NCBI GenBank assembly: GCA_903944345.1 | Contig: CAJARJ010000014.1 | Span: 64,990-128,989 of the forward strand | Length of the DNA: 64,000 bases | Source: Candidatus Omnitrophota bacterium | Lineage (GTDB): Bacteria > Omnitrophota > Gorgyraeia > Zapsychrales > Fredricksoniimonadaceae | Reading direction: 5' to 3' | Shown: positions 8,833-18,421 of the stretch, piece by piece | Numbering within the stretch: the first letter of the stretch is position 1 | Layout: each line of letters opens with the position of its first letter | Made by a program: the position numbers and the translations under genes | The notes under the pieces: model-generated | Databases searched by the model: none | Told to the model about the DNA's origin: nothing | What the model saw: only the letters and a program-made list of their open reading frames with translations

Positions 8833-10146
8833 TCAGTCCAGGCGTTCACGCAAATATTCTTTGACCTGGTCGAGCGAAACACGTTCCTGCGCCATCGTAT
8901 CGCGCGAACGCACCGTGACCTGCTGATCCTCGAGTGACTGAACATCAACCGTAATACAAAATGGCGTTCCGATCTCGTCCTGGCGGCGATACAGTTTACC
9001 GATGGCCCCAGTGTCGTCGTAAACACAATTCCATTGTTTCTGCAATCCGGTCTTGAGTTCTTTGGCAATCCGGACCAACTCGGAGTTTTTCTTGAGCAAA
9101 GGAAACACGGCCACCTTGACGGGAGCCAGTCTGGGATGAAACTTGAGAACCACCCGCACATCGTCCTTGACCTGTTCCTCGTTATACGCATCAACCAGAA
9201 AGGCCAGTGTCCCGCGGTCACAGCCGCCGGAAGGCTCAATCACATAAGGATAAAACTTTTCGTTGGTGACCGGATCCCGGTACATAAGATCTTTGCCCGA
9301 GAACTGCGCATGCTGCTTGAGATCGTAATCGGTACGGTTGGCAATGCCTTCAAGTTCCGACCAGCCAAACGGGAACAGATACTCGATATCGGTACAGCCT
9401 GCGGCATAATGTGCCAGCTCGTCATGGGCATGAGGGCGAAGACGCAACTTGTCTTTGGTCATCCCCAAACTGAGATACCATTGCAGACGGGTTTCGATCC
9501 AATGCTCGTAGCGTTCTCCGGCCTGTTCGGGACGGCAAAAATATTCGATCTCCATCTGCTCAAATTCGCGGGTCCGGAAAGTAAAGTTTCCCGGAGTGAT
9601 TTCGTTACGAAAAGATTTACCGATCTGGCCGATACCAAAAGGCAGCTTGCGATGGGACGAATCCATGACATTGGCAAAGTTGACAAAAATACCCTGAGCG
9701 GTTTCAGGGCGCATGTAGACCGTGGAACTGGAGTCTTCCATGGCTCCGAGAGCTGTCCGGAGCATAAGATTGAAAGCTCGCGCTTCGGTAAAAGAAGTGC
9801 CGCCGCACCCCGGGCATTTGCCGTTCTCGATATGATCCGCACGCAAACGGCGGCCACATTTTGTATTCTTGCAATCCACCAGCATATCGGCAAAATTGGC
9901 GGTGTGGCCCGAGGCCTCCCAGGTTTTGGGATGCATCAGAATAGAAGCGTCCAGGCCGACCATGTCGTCACGATCCTGAACCATGGCCTTCCACCAGGCC
10001 GACTTGATATTGCGTTTGAGTTCCGAACCGACCGGACCATAGTCCCAGGCGCCGTTAAGGCCGCCATAAATCTCGGAGGAAGGGAAAATAAAACCACGCC
10101 GTTTACAGAGAGAAACAACTTTATCCATCAGTTCGGGAGTTTTCAT
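8833..10146 (-). CDS. glyQS: Glycine--tRNA ligase (single-chain, class II GlyQS type)
   Basis: MKTPELMDKVVSLCKRRGFIFPSSEIYGGLNGAWDYGPVGSELKRNIK... with a class II aaRS core. ATG at 10146. Confidence 0.9.
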   Translation of the reverse strand: MKTPELMDKVVSLCKRRGFIFPSSEIYGGLNGAWDYGPVGSELKRNIKSAWWKAMVQDRDDMVGLDASILMHPKTWEASGHTANFADMLVDCKNTKCGRRLRADHIENGKCPGCGGTSFTEARAFNLMLRTALGAMEDSSSTVYMRPETAQGIFVNFANVMDSSHRKLPFGIGQIGKSFRNEITPGNFTFRTREFEQMEIEYFCRPEQAGERYEHWIETRLQWYLSLGMTKDKLRLRPHAHDELAHYAAGCTDIEYLFPFGWSELEGIANRTDYDLKQHAQFSGKDLMYRDPVTNEKFYPYVIEPSGGCDRGTLAFLVDAYNEEQVKDDVRVVLKFHPRLAPVKVAVFPLLKKNSELVRIAKELKTGLQKQWNCVYDDTGAIGKLYRRQDEIGTPFCITVDVQSLEDQQVTVRSRDTMAQERVSLDQVKEYLRERLD

Positions 10147-10216
10147 AATTCCGGGTATTGTAACAAAGGTTGTTGTTTTTTCAAGAGGGATGTCGAAATA
10201 TCTCACAAAACAGGTC

Positions 10217-11014
10217 TTACCGGTAGGTCTGCTCCGGCCCCGGAAAAACGGCACTGTGAACATCTTTTGTGTAAGCCTGCACTGCGGCAACCGTCGCCTC
10301 TCCGAGCGCGGCATACGGCTTGACGAAACGCGGAAGTTTTCCGGCATTCAGGCCCAGCATGTCATTGGTCACCAGAACCTGCCCGTCGCAAAAACGCCCC
10401 GCGCCGATCCCGATAGACGGTATTCGCAAAACAGCTGTAATGCGTTGCGCCAGTGATTCGGGCACACACTCCAGCACCACAGCAAAGCAACCGGACTGCT
10501 CCAGCTCAAGTGACTGCCGGACAATCCCCTCGGCTTCCTGCTGCGTCCGCCCCCGGACATTAAAATTCTGCGCGGTCTGGGGCGTCAGGCCCACATGCCC
10601 CATCACCTTAATCCCGCCATCACACAAAAGACGCACGACCTGAGGACAACGGGAAAACCATTCGACCTTGACCGCAGCACACCCAAGGTCGATAAACTTC
10701 CGGGCATTGAGCAAAGCATCCGAGCCTTCAGGCTGGTAGGCGTCAAAAGGCATGTCAACAATAACCGGAGTATCCTTTGCTCCCCGCAAAACGGCCGCGG
10801 CATGATGCAGCATGATATCCATCCCCACCTGGGTGGTTGAAGCAAGCCCCAGCTCGACGTTGGCCAGCGAATCTCCGACAAGAATAAGATCCACTCCGGC
10901 ACGGCTGAGCCACACCGCTGTGGGATAATCGGCGGCGGTCAGCATGGCAAAGGGCGGACTGAGCTGTCGCTCGAGAAAAATGCTTTTATCAGACAACGGA
11001 TGATTGGACAACAC
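10217..11014 (-). CDS. panB: 3-methyl-2-oxobutanoate hydroxymethyltransferase (ketopantoate hydroxymethyltransferase)
   Basis: Aligns with PanB throughout (FAMLTAADYPTA...LILVGDSL...KVEWFSRCPQ...IGIGAG). GTG start at 11014, 5 nt after the ssb stop. Confidence 0.85.
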   Translation of the reverse strand: MLSNHPLSDKSIFLERQLSPPFAMLTAADYPTAVWLSRAGVDLILVGDSLANVELGLASTTQVGMDIMLHHAAAVLRGAKDTPVIVDMPFDAYQPEGSDALLNARKFIDLGCAAVKVEWFSRCPQVVRLLCDGGIKVMGHVGLTPQTAQNFNVRGRTQQEAEGIVRQSLELEQSGCFAVVLECVPESLAQRITAVLRIPSIGIGAGRFCDGQVLVTNDMLGLNAGKLPRFVKPYAALGEATVAAVQAYTKDVHSAVFPGPEQTYR

Positions 11015-11019
11015 CGGAA

Positions 11020-11442
11020 CTACTCCTCCCAGGCGATATTTTCCGGACTGGCAACCTCGGCCCCCGAGGAAGCCGCAGGCTCGTCATTCGATCTTTGATA
11101 ATTGCCCCCCGCGTCTTCAGCGCGTTTGGGCATAAAATGAACGTTATTGGCCACAATACGAACTTTGCTCTGAGTCTTACCGTCTTTCTCCCAGCGGTCC
11201 TGACGCAAGCGTCCTTCGACGATAATCCCGCTGCCTTTTTTAAGATATTTGGCACAATTTTCCGCAACCGCCCCCCAGACCTCGACATCAAAGTAGGAAA
11301 CCTCGGAAGCCCGCTCGCCATTCTTTGTAAAAATACGGTTACTGGCAATTGACAAAGAGCAAACACCCTTGCCGGACTGGGCGTAACGTAACTCGGGATC
11401 ACGGGTAAGATTGCCCATGATATTGACACTGTTAAGACTCAT
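11020..11442 (-). CDS. ssb: Single-stranded DNA-binding protein
   Basis: MSLNSVNIMGNLTRDPELRYAQSGKGVCSLSIASNR... OB-fold SSB pattern with an acidic C-terminal tail (IAWEE). ATG at 11442 preceded by AAAGGAA. Confidence 0.85.
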   Translation of the reverse strand: MSLNSVNIMGNLTRDPELRYAQSGKGVCSLSIASNRIFTKNGERASEVSYFDVEVWGAVAENCAKYLKKGSGIIVEGRLRQDRWEKDGKTQSKVRIVANNVHFMPKRAEDAGGNYQRSNDEPAASSGAEVASPENIAWEE

Positions 11443-11482
11443 GATCGATTCCTTTCATTTTGTATTGAACATAAAAGCCATG

Positions 11483-11505
11483 AGGGCGGACACAAGATCC
11501 GCCCT
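11483..11505 (-). terminator. Possible rho-independent terminator hairpin downstream of the GH5 gene
   Basis: AGGGCGGA-cacaaga-TCCGCCCT, followed on the minus strand by a T-rich tract. It lies only about 40 nt upstream of ssb, so assignment is uncertain. Confidence 0.3.
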
Positions 11506-11625
11506 GACGACTGTCTAAAAGCTTCTGCAGGCAGGACGGCTGCCAGTCGCTCAAACAGAGCTCGCGCGCTTCGCGGCTCGCAAACTCGCTTGGTGGCAGC
11601 TGCCCTGCCTGCATACGATCAAACC

Positions 11626-14600
11626 TTACCGACGCAGCAATCGCACCGGAGCGGACGGCGTCACACGAACAACATTGGACCAGGGTCCGGCTCCCTGCAC
11701 ACTCATCGCCCGCACCCGGAACTGATAAGCCTTGCCCGGCATAAGCCCCGCAATAACCGTTCCCGGACGGGCATCGTCCAGCCACAACTGATCCCATGTA
11801 TTCCCTTGCACTGCGCCAAACTGCACCTGGTAAGCTGTGAATACAGATACACTGTCCGGAGCCGACCAGCTCAGGGCCACCGCGCCAGGCCTGGCGCTCG
11901 CGCTCAAATTATGAATATACCCCGGACGTTCGGCTTCCTTTTTGAGCAGAGACTGCAAGGCCTGATATGGCTTGTGATAAATGTCAGTTGCATAGCGTGA
12001 TGCCTTGCGCAAGAGAGTCTCCAGCGTATCCGCACCAGGATCCGGTTCGGTGTCATCATACAAGGAGTGTGCGAAAAGCCCCCACTCTGAGGATGAGTCA
12101 TGCACCTTGTGCGACCATACCGCCCAGTGCCAGCCCCGGGCATTGAACGTGTTCACCAGGAGATTCCAAATCCTGGCCTCGCCAAAACCGTTAAACTCGC
12201 CAATCAAGACCGGCACATTGTAACTGGCCTGACGGGAATTTCGCACCTTGTCATTCAGATACTCCTGATGCTGCTCATATGTCATTGTTCCGTTAATATT
12301 CCCGCTATCATCATAAGTAAAACCGTAATAATGATGCTGATACATAACATTCTGCCAGCCGAAAGCCGCAGGAGAAGGAAGAGTTTCCCAATCCCGAGGG
12401 GAAGGAATGCCTTCCAGAACAATCAGATGCTGAGTGTCCCCGGCCCCGCCGGAAGACTGGGCAGAACGGATGGCTTTGTAAAGACGATCATACAAGGACC
12501 ACAAAGCCCGATAGCCATCCTCTTTAACCGGATAATATTCCGGCGTCACCGCTCCAAAAGGCTCGTTGATCAGATCGTAACCGAGCACAGTGGTATTACT
12601 CCGGTAACGACGCGCCAGAGCTGTCCACAACTCGACAGTCCTTTGACGGAAAATATCATTAGCGGGATCAAACAAACGATTCACATCCTTGCGTCCGGAA
12701 TGAAACTCGCGGCTCTGGTATCCCGGCGCGCCGTGAAGATCCAGCAGAACATAAAGTCCACGATCGGCGCAGAACTTGATCACGCGATCAATATACTCGA
12801 AACGGAAAGAGGATGTTGTCCATTTGCCATTATCATCCAGCGGACGAATATCCTGGACATTAATCGGCAAACGCACCAGATTAAATCCGTTGCGCATAAA
12901 AGAATCAAAGTCCGATTCCTGCACATAAGCAGCCCGGTAGGTCTTCAGAAATGAATCCAGTCCTGACTGGCCAAACCGAGTTTTGATACTGCCGCGAATG
13001 GAATAATCATCAGGATAACTGGTGGTCAAGGGACTGTTGCTGCCAAACAGCATCCAGGGCTCCATAAGCAGATAATTGCCCAGGTTGACTCCACGCAGTT
13101 TCAGCAAACGGCCGCTCCCCTTTTTCTGGCGCAGGGCAGTTCCCTCCGCCGTCACAAAAGCGGAACGATCATATAACAAGGCCGGACTCCAATCGCCATA
13201 AGCCGTTGGCGCTCCAGTATTATTCTTCTGCAGCCCGCGCACCTGATACCAGTACCCGGGACGAGCGGACAGCGGAGTCACCTGAAAAGGCCCCTCGTAA
13301 ATCGTTGTCCACGGACCAAACCGGTCCGGAGCAGACTGCACCTGGTAAAAAGGCGCCTGGGCAATAAAGCTCCATTCCACACTGCCGGCATCCAGACGAT
13401 CTTTGGCAATCAGCACAGGACGGGGAAAATAACGTACCGCTTCGCTCCAGTCCGAAACATAAGCCACAGTCCCTCGCTGAGAATTCGCATCCGATTCCCA
13501 GCGCACACGAAACCAGGCCGGAGACAGGCTATCTGTCTGAAAAAGACTTTCGGAACCGTTATAAACCTGGAGCCAGGGGCCGCGGGCACTCTTGTCACTG
13601 CGTTCAACCACGTACCGCACTGCTCCAGGAACTTCATTCCAGGTTACCATCCCGCTGGAAAGATAACCCTCGTCTATCCGTAACGCGGAATACTTGACCA
13701 CCCGGATATCGTCAAAAAAATAGGTTCCCGGCCAGTAAAGACCAAATTCGATCTTGTCCAGATCCTGAAAATTGAAAGCCGTCGGCAAAAGATTTAAAGA
13801 AATCCCGAAACGTGTCCATTCGTTGTACGCACCACGCCGGTTCGTCCACAGCTCGCAACCTGACCCTGCCGAACAGCTGTCATGATCAAAAAAGACCGCC
13901 TGGATATTATTATCCAGACCGTTTTGCCCCAGCTGTTTGACACTCAAAGCCAGTGTTGCATAAAGTGAAGAATGCATCCCGCGGGGCAATAGCGCCACAT
14001 TCCAGATGTCCTGCACCTGTCCGGCATCGGTGAAATTCTTGCCCTGGTACTTGATCCCGGTGCCAGCCCAGTTCGGCAGGACATTGCTGGCCTTTAACTG
14101 CCAGGACAATGCGCCTTGAACAGGCAGCGAGCCGGTCAGAGCTGCAGAACCATTCCAGGCCCAGCCGTATTCGGCAGGGTCGGGAACCGCTATCCCGGCA
14201 CGTTTTTCGAAAGTCTGATAAACCCGGTCAGCGCTGGTTATCACAATATCATCAAAATAAAACGTTCCCGCTCCCTGGACGTATATTTCAATCTTGTCGA
14301 TATCATCCAGATCAAATCCTTCCGGCAGCTGGGTAAAAAGCACATCCATAACACTCCAGGCGCCGGCAGCAGCCTGATTAAGAACGGTGACGGTCGCCCC
14401 GTCACGACCGGAGGCCGGATCCCAGACATAATTGCCATGGTCGAAGAACTTCACTTTGACTGTCTGGGGAGAACTGATCTGCGGACGTGCCAGCAGGCGA
14501 AATGAGAGCCGGTCATGCCGGTGCGCTTCAGCCTTCAGATGCCACTGCTCGACACGCGCCTTGACCGCTGTCCCTCCGGCCCAGGGAGCCAAAGAAGACG

Positions 14601-16128
14601 GAACCGTCATTTTCCAGGAATAAACTCCGGCAGATTTGCGTTCGGTTGTCCTGGACACCGTGACACCCTGCGAAGCATTGATCGCCCAACCGTATTCGTC
14701 TCCGGTTCCGTTATTATCTTCGAAGTCCTGATAAATCTTGCCATGAGTCAGGCTGTCTACCATGGCCCGAACCTCGGCTGCAGACAAAGCCCGGTTATAA
14801 ACACGCACCTCATCCAGACGCCCGGCAAAACTTCCCCCTCCAAACAGAGAACGACCAATCGTCAGCGTCCCTGCTGTAGCGGGCGTAAAAGCTCCGGTGT
14901 TTTCTTCCAGAATCGGTGTCCCGTCCAGATACAACACCGCACGTCCACTACTGCGGCTGTAGGTTGCGGCCAGATGATGCCATTGATTCAGCGCGGGATT
15001 AGCCACAGAAAGCACATGAGTACCCGAAGCTCCGGCAATATCTACAAGATTAATCCCCGTACCCAAAGAGTTCCACTGGCTGCCCGCAGCGTACGTACGC
15101 ATATGCACTCCGGAGACAGACACATTGCCCCACTCCAGCAAAGACCCTTCATCAGCCCTTTCCGACAAAAACCAGAGCGCGACAGTCAGATCCCCGTCAA
15201 CATTTAAAGACGGATCGTTTCTGACCAAAAGATAATCGTCAAAGCCGTCAAAACGAAAACCCGCACCGACCCGTCCATCCGCAGTAGGGGCGGCACCATT
15301 TTTGACGCTGGCATCGTTACCCAGTCCGCTCTGATCTTTAACCACCTCTGCATCATTACTATCGAAAGAATAATGCAGAACAAGTCCGTCACCACGCCCC
15401 TGATGAAGCCGCTTGACCTCAGCCGGAGACAAGGGCCGATTATAAACGCGCACCTCGTCGATCAGTCCGCGCCAGAAACGATTCGGTTCCGTGGAATAAC
15501 CATTGCCGATAGCCACATTGGCCAAAGCAAGCGTGGTCTGTTTGTACTCCCCGGCGGTCAGGGGCAGATCGGGATGGACTTTTGAAGAAGGATCGGGGTG
15601 AGGGTTGCGAAACCGCAATTTTCCGTCGAGATAACCATAAACATATTTGTCGTCCCAGATATAAACCACATGATACCAGCGCGAAGGCTCCATGGTTTTC
15701 ATGAGCATATCGCCGCGCCCCAGACCGTGACCGCCTCCGGAGAATTCACCCGAAGCCGAAGATTCAAAACGGATATTATCGTCCCAGCTGGCAAAATCGG
15801 TGGAGAAAGGATTCCGGTAGTTTTCAAGCGCCGCGGCGTTCATCCAGAAAGAGATGGTGCCTGCGGACTGATAACCAAGGTTCCCGGCAAGAATATAATC
15901 GTCCTGGCCGTCAAAAGAATACGCCCCTGCGAATTTCCCGGCTGAACTGAAAACCGCTCCATTAACCTGGCCGTCATGCCCCGCCCCGCTCAGGTCTGGA
16001 ATAGTTGATCCGGTATTAGTGTCAAACGAGTACTGAAGAATAAGCCCGTCACGCAGGCTGTCCGCCAATGACACGGATACGGCCAGAAAAGAAAAAAGCA
16101 CGACCAGAAAAAGGTTTTTGAACAACAT
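11626..16128 (-). CDS. Large secreted multidomain glycoside hydrolase: signal peptide, repeated LamG/concanavalin-like lectin domains, FN3-like domains, GH5 (cellulase-family) catalytic domain
   Basis: ATG at 16128 (MLFKNLFLVVLFSFLAVSVSLA). GH5 signature residues in order: FNLVRLPI, DLHGAPG, LINEPFG (acid/base NEP), HHYY, VLIGEFNGFG (nucleophile Glu), WAVWSHK. LamG-type repeats show recurring LDEVRVYNRxLS motifs. C-terminal FN3-like repeats. Confidence 0.75.
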   Translation of the reverse strand: MLFKNLFLVVLFSFLAVSVSLADSLRDGLILQYSFDTNTGSTIPDLSGAGHDGQVNGAVFSSAGKFAGAYSFDGQDDYILAGNLGYQSAGTISFWMNAAALENYRNPFSTDFASWDDNIRFESSASGEFSGGGHGLGRGDMLMKTMEPSRWYHVVYIWDDKYVYGYLDGKLRFRNPHPDPSSKVHPDLPLTAGEYKQTTLALANVAIGNGYSTEPNRFWRGLIDEVRVYNRPLSPAEVKRLHQGRGDGLVLHYSFDSNDAEVVKDQSGLGNDASVKNGAAPTADGRVGAGFRFDGFDDYLLVRNDPSLNVDGDLTVALWFLSERADEGSLLEWGNVSVSGVHMRTYAAGSQWNSLGTGINLVDIAGASGTHVLSVANPALNQWHHLAATYSRSSGRAVLYLDGTPILEENTGAFTPATAGTLTIGRSLFGGGSFAGRLDEVRVYNRALSAAEVRAMVDSLTHGKIYQDFEDNNGTGDEYGWAINASQGVTVSRTTERKSAGVYSWKMTVPSSLAPWAGGTAVKARVEQWHLKAEAHRHDRLSFRLLARPQISSPQTVKVKFFDHGNYVWDPASGRDGATVTVLNQAAAGAWSVMDVLFTQLPEGFDLDDIDKIEIYVQGAGTFYFDDIVITSADRVYQTFEKRAGIAVPDPAEYGWAWNGSAALTGSLPVQGALSWQLKASNVLPNWAGTGIKYQGKNFTDAGQVQDIWNVALLPRGMHSSLYATLALSVKQLGQNGLDNNIQAVFFDHDSCSAGSGCELWTNRRGAYNEWTRFGISLNLLPTAFNFQDLDKIEFGLYWPGTYFFDDIRVVKYSALRIDEGYLSSGMVTWNEVPGAVRYVVERSDKSARGPWLQVYNGSESLFQTDSLSPAWFRVRWESDANSQRGTVAYVSDWSEAVRYFPRPVLIAKDRLDAGSVEWSFIAQAPFYQVQSAPDRFGPWTTIYEGPFQVTPLSARPGYWYQVRGLQKNNTGAPTAYGDWSPALLYDRSAFVTAEGTALRQKKGSGRLLKLRGVNLGNYLLMEPWMLFGSNSPLTTSYPDDYSIRGSIKTRFGQSGLDSFLKTYRAAYVQESDFDSFMRNGFNLVRLPINVQDIRPLDDNGKWTTSSFRFEYIDRVIKFCADRGLYVLLDLHGAPGYQSREFHSGRKDVNRLFDPANDIFRQRTVELWTALARRYRSNTTVLGYDLINEPFGAVTPEYYPVKEDGYRALWSLYDRLYKAIRSAQSSGGAGDTQHLIVLEGIPSPRDWETLPSPAAFGWQNVMYQHHYYGFTYDDSGNINGTMTYEQHQEYLNDKVRNSRQASYNVPVLIGEFNGFGEARIWNLLVNTFNARGWHWAVWSHKVHDSSSEWGLFAHSLYDDTEPDPGADTLETLLRKASRYATDIYHKPYQALQSLLKKEAERPGYIHNLSASARPGAVALSWSAPDSVSVFTAYQVQFGAVQGNTWDQLWLDDARPGTVIAGLMPGKAYQFRVRAMSVQGAGPWSNVVRVTPSAPVRLLRR

Positions 16129-16233
16129 AAGGCACCCCCGGATGGATATTTTCCTTATTATAGGGTTGATAGAAAAACAAGGCAAGAACTAAAAAGAAGG
16201 CTCTGGACGCGCTGGAAACCTGCCCAGGAAGTT

Positions 16234-17586
16234 TCAGACCTCCAGAAATTTCCCGATTTCAGCAGAAGCGTTTCTGGCTGAATTTATTACAGTAGCGATA
16301 TCTGCCGCAGGCGCAAGCAAATGTCCGCAGGCAAAAATACCGTTAACAGCTGTCTCGCACAACGAGCCTGGACGAAGACGAAGAACGCCTTCAATATCCA
16401 TTTCCAGTCCGGGGATGTCGCGTAGAAACATGGTATCCGGATTCCCCCCGAAACAGGTAATAAAAGTATCCAACTCGAGCGAAAAGCGGGCATCCCCCGC
16501 CGCCGCGACCATATTCAGCCTGCCCTGGGGATCAATCTTGTAATCCATACGTTCACACTCCAGAAAACGGATGCAACCGGCGTGATCCTTAACGGCCGAT
16601 ACGGGGCGGACAAAAGTCTGAATTTTTATCCCCTCTTCGGAGGCTTCGCGCAAAGTAGCGGCATCAACTCCGGCATGGGTCTCTGACCCGTTGATGAGAA
16701 CCGTCACACTACGCCCGAGCCGGACCAGAATGCGGGCGGCATCAAACATCTTTTCTCCCTGTCCGGCCAGCACAACCGAACCTCCGACTGCCAACGGTGT
16801 CCGATAACGCTCATCACCGGCTTTCATCCAGTGCCGGAAGCGCAAAAATTCCTCAACCGGAATAATCCCGGCGGCATCCGCACCCTGAGCGAAAAAAGGA
16901 ACAGAAAATCCGGCACCACAAGCCAATAAAAGGGCAGCATAGCCTTTATCCCACAATTCATCCGCGAGCAGTCCGCGACCAAACAAAACGTTGCACTGCA
17001 AATCTATTCCTTCGTCTTTCAGAAATAAAAAGATCCTGTTTAATACCTGCGCCGGCAAACGAAAAGGCGCATACGCATAACCGAGTGATCCTCCCGGCAC
17101 ATGAGAAGCCTCAAACACCGTGACACGAAAACCCTGACGACGAAGGTAAAACGCCGCCGTCAGTCCTGCCGGACCGGATCCGATCACGGCCACCTTCTGA
17201 CGCTGACGTACCGCAGGCGCACGCGGCGCACGCGCGTGATCGCCAATAAAACGCTCAATGGCACGCCAGCTGACGCACTCCGACTTGCGATTGAAAACCT
17301 GGGTTTCAACAAACACTTCCGGACATAAACGACCCGTTACAGCAGGAAGCGGATTGGTTGCCAGCAAAAGTCCGCAGGCAGAAGAAAAATCTCCGGCAGC
17401 GACATGACGCAAAACAGCAAAAATGTCCGTACCCAGAGGACACGGATCTCCCTTCTGAGAGCCAGATCGCTCAAGCAATATTCTGGCATTCTCGCGGGCA
17501 TCCACCCGGGTTAACCCCAGACGAACTTCTTCAAACGAGCGAATACGCCTGGCTGGTGCCAGGATGCGGCATCTTTCCTGCGGCAT
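16234..17586 (-). CDS. GltD/NfnB/SudA-family FAD/NAD(P)-dependent oxidoreductase (glutamate synthase small-subunit-like)
   Basis: KVAVIGSGPAGLTAAFYLRRQGFRVTVFEASHVPGG (FAD GxGxxG) and the C-terminal FACGHLLAPAADIATVINSARNASAEI. The N-terminal Cys content is reduced relative to canonical GltD/NfnB. Overlaps the upstream partner gene by about 75 nt if the first start is used. Confidence 0.7.
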   Translation of the reverse strand: MPQERCRILAPARRIRSFEEVRLGLTRVDARENARILLERSGSQKGDPCPLGTDIFAVLRHVAAGDFSSACGLLLATNPLPAVTGRLCPEVFVETQVFNRKSECVSWRAIERFIGDHARAPRAPAVRQRQKVAVIGSGPAGLTAAFYLRRQGFRVTVFEASHVPGGSLGYAYAPFRLPAQVLNRIFLFLKDEGIDLQCNVLFGRGLLADELWDKGYAALLLACGAGFSVPFFAQGADAAGIIPVEEFLRFRHWMKAGDERYRTPLAVGGSVVLAGQGEKMFDAARILVRLGRSVTVLINGSETHAGVDAATLREASEEGIKIQTFVRPVSAVKDHAGCIRFLECERMDYKIDPQGRLNMVAAAGDARFSLELDTFITCFGGNPDTMFLRDIPGLEMDIEGVLRLRPGSLCETAVNGIFACGHLLAPAADIATVINSARNASAEIGKFLEV

Positions 17587-18377
17587 TCGGAATACTCCCT
17601 TGCGCCCGCCAAGAAATCGGCGAGCTGTTTGACATCAATCCGGTCCGCGCGGACCACCAGTCCACTGACCGCCGGATAATACTTCTGTTTCCCTGTAACC
17701 AGCGGCACTGTCGGCGAAAAAGATGCCGCGATATCCAGCCACGGCATAAGATGGATATAAAGAGAAGCCTTGTTCGCCAGGCAAACCTGGCGCACATCTT
17801 CAAGCATCCCGGCGCCAACACAGGCATAAACCGTAACACCCGCCTCGGAAGACAAAACCTTGTTTAATGGAGCCAGGACATCTCCGCGACGCTCGTGCGT
17901 GCCATCTTTGTACATCACAAAAAATTTTGAACAATTCAGCCGGATCTGACTTTCCAGCAAAGCATTGTTGCGCTCTTCAAAACCAACAACACCAATAACC
18001 TTGTTGCCTGCCTGCTTGAGCAGACGGCACATCCCTGCCAGCGGCACCAGCCCCAAATCTTCACCCACACATACCACTGTGCCAGTCTTTTCAGCCAGAA
18101 AAGGTGTACCAAATGGTCCCTGCAACAGGAAAACCGGATCCCCGATCTTCATTGCAGCCAGCAAAGAAGTTTCACTGTCCGCCTCACGAAAAATCAGGGC
18201 CAGACTTTTCCGCCGCCAGTCCACTTCGTATACCACAAGCGGAACCAGCCGGGAGAAACGGTCGGGCATAACTGCCACGAAATGACCAGGCCTGACTTTG
18301 GAGGCAAGGCTGTCAGCCTGGATATCCACCCGGCGAATAACCCGATTCACGTTTTGTTTAGCAATCACCTTGAACAT
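17511..18377 (-). CDS. PyrK/NfnA/SudB-like ferredoxin-NADP reductase-fold subunit (FAD-binding; apparent loss of the C-terminal 2Fe-2S Cys motif)
   Basis: ATG at 18377. RPGHFVAVMP (FAD-binding beta-barrel) and Rossmann-like GLVPLAGM, YACVGAGML. No CxxGxCxxC cluster motif in the C-terminal 90 aa. Confidence 0.65.
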   Translation of the reverse strand: MFKVIAKQNVNRVIRRVDIQADSLASKVRPGHFVAVMPDRFSRLVPLVVYEVDWRRKSLALIFREADSETSLLAAMKIGDPVFLLQGPFGTPFLAEKTGTVVCVGEDLGLVPLAGMCRLLKQAGNKVIGVVGFEERNNALLESQIRLNCSKFFVMYKDGTHERRGDVLAPLNKVLSSEAGVTVYACVGAGMLEDVRQVCLANKASLYIHLMPWLDIAASFSPTVPLVTGKQKYYPAVSGLVVRADRIDVKQLADFLAGAREYSECRRKDAASWHQPGVFARLKKFVWG

Positions 18378-18421
18378 ATGCCCTTATTATTACGGAAAGC
18401 CGGGGAAAACACAACAGGAAG

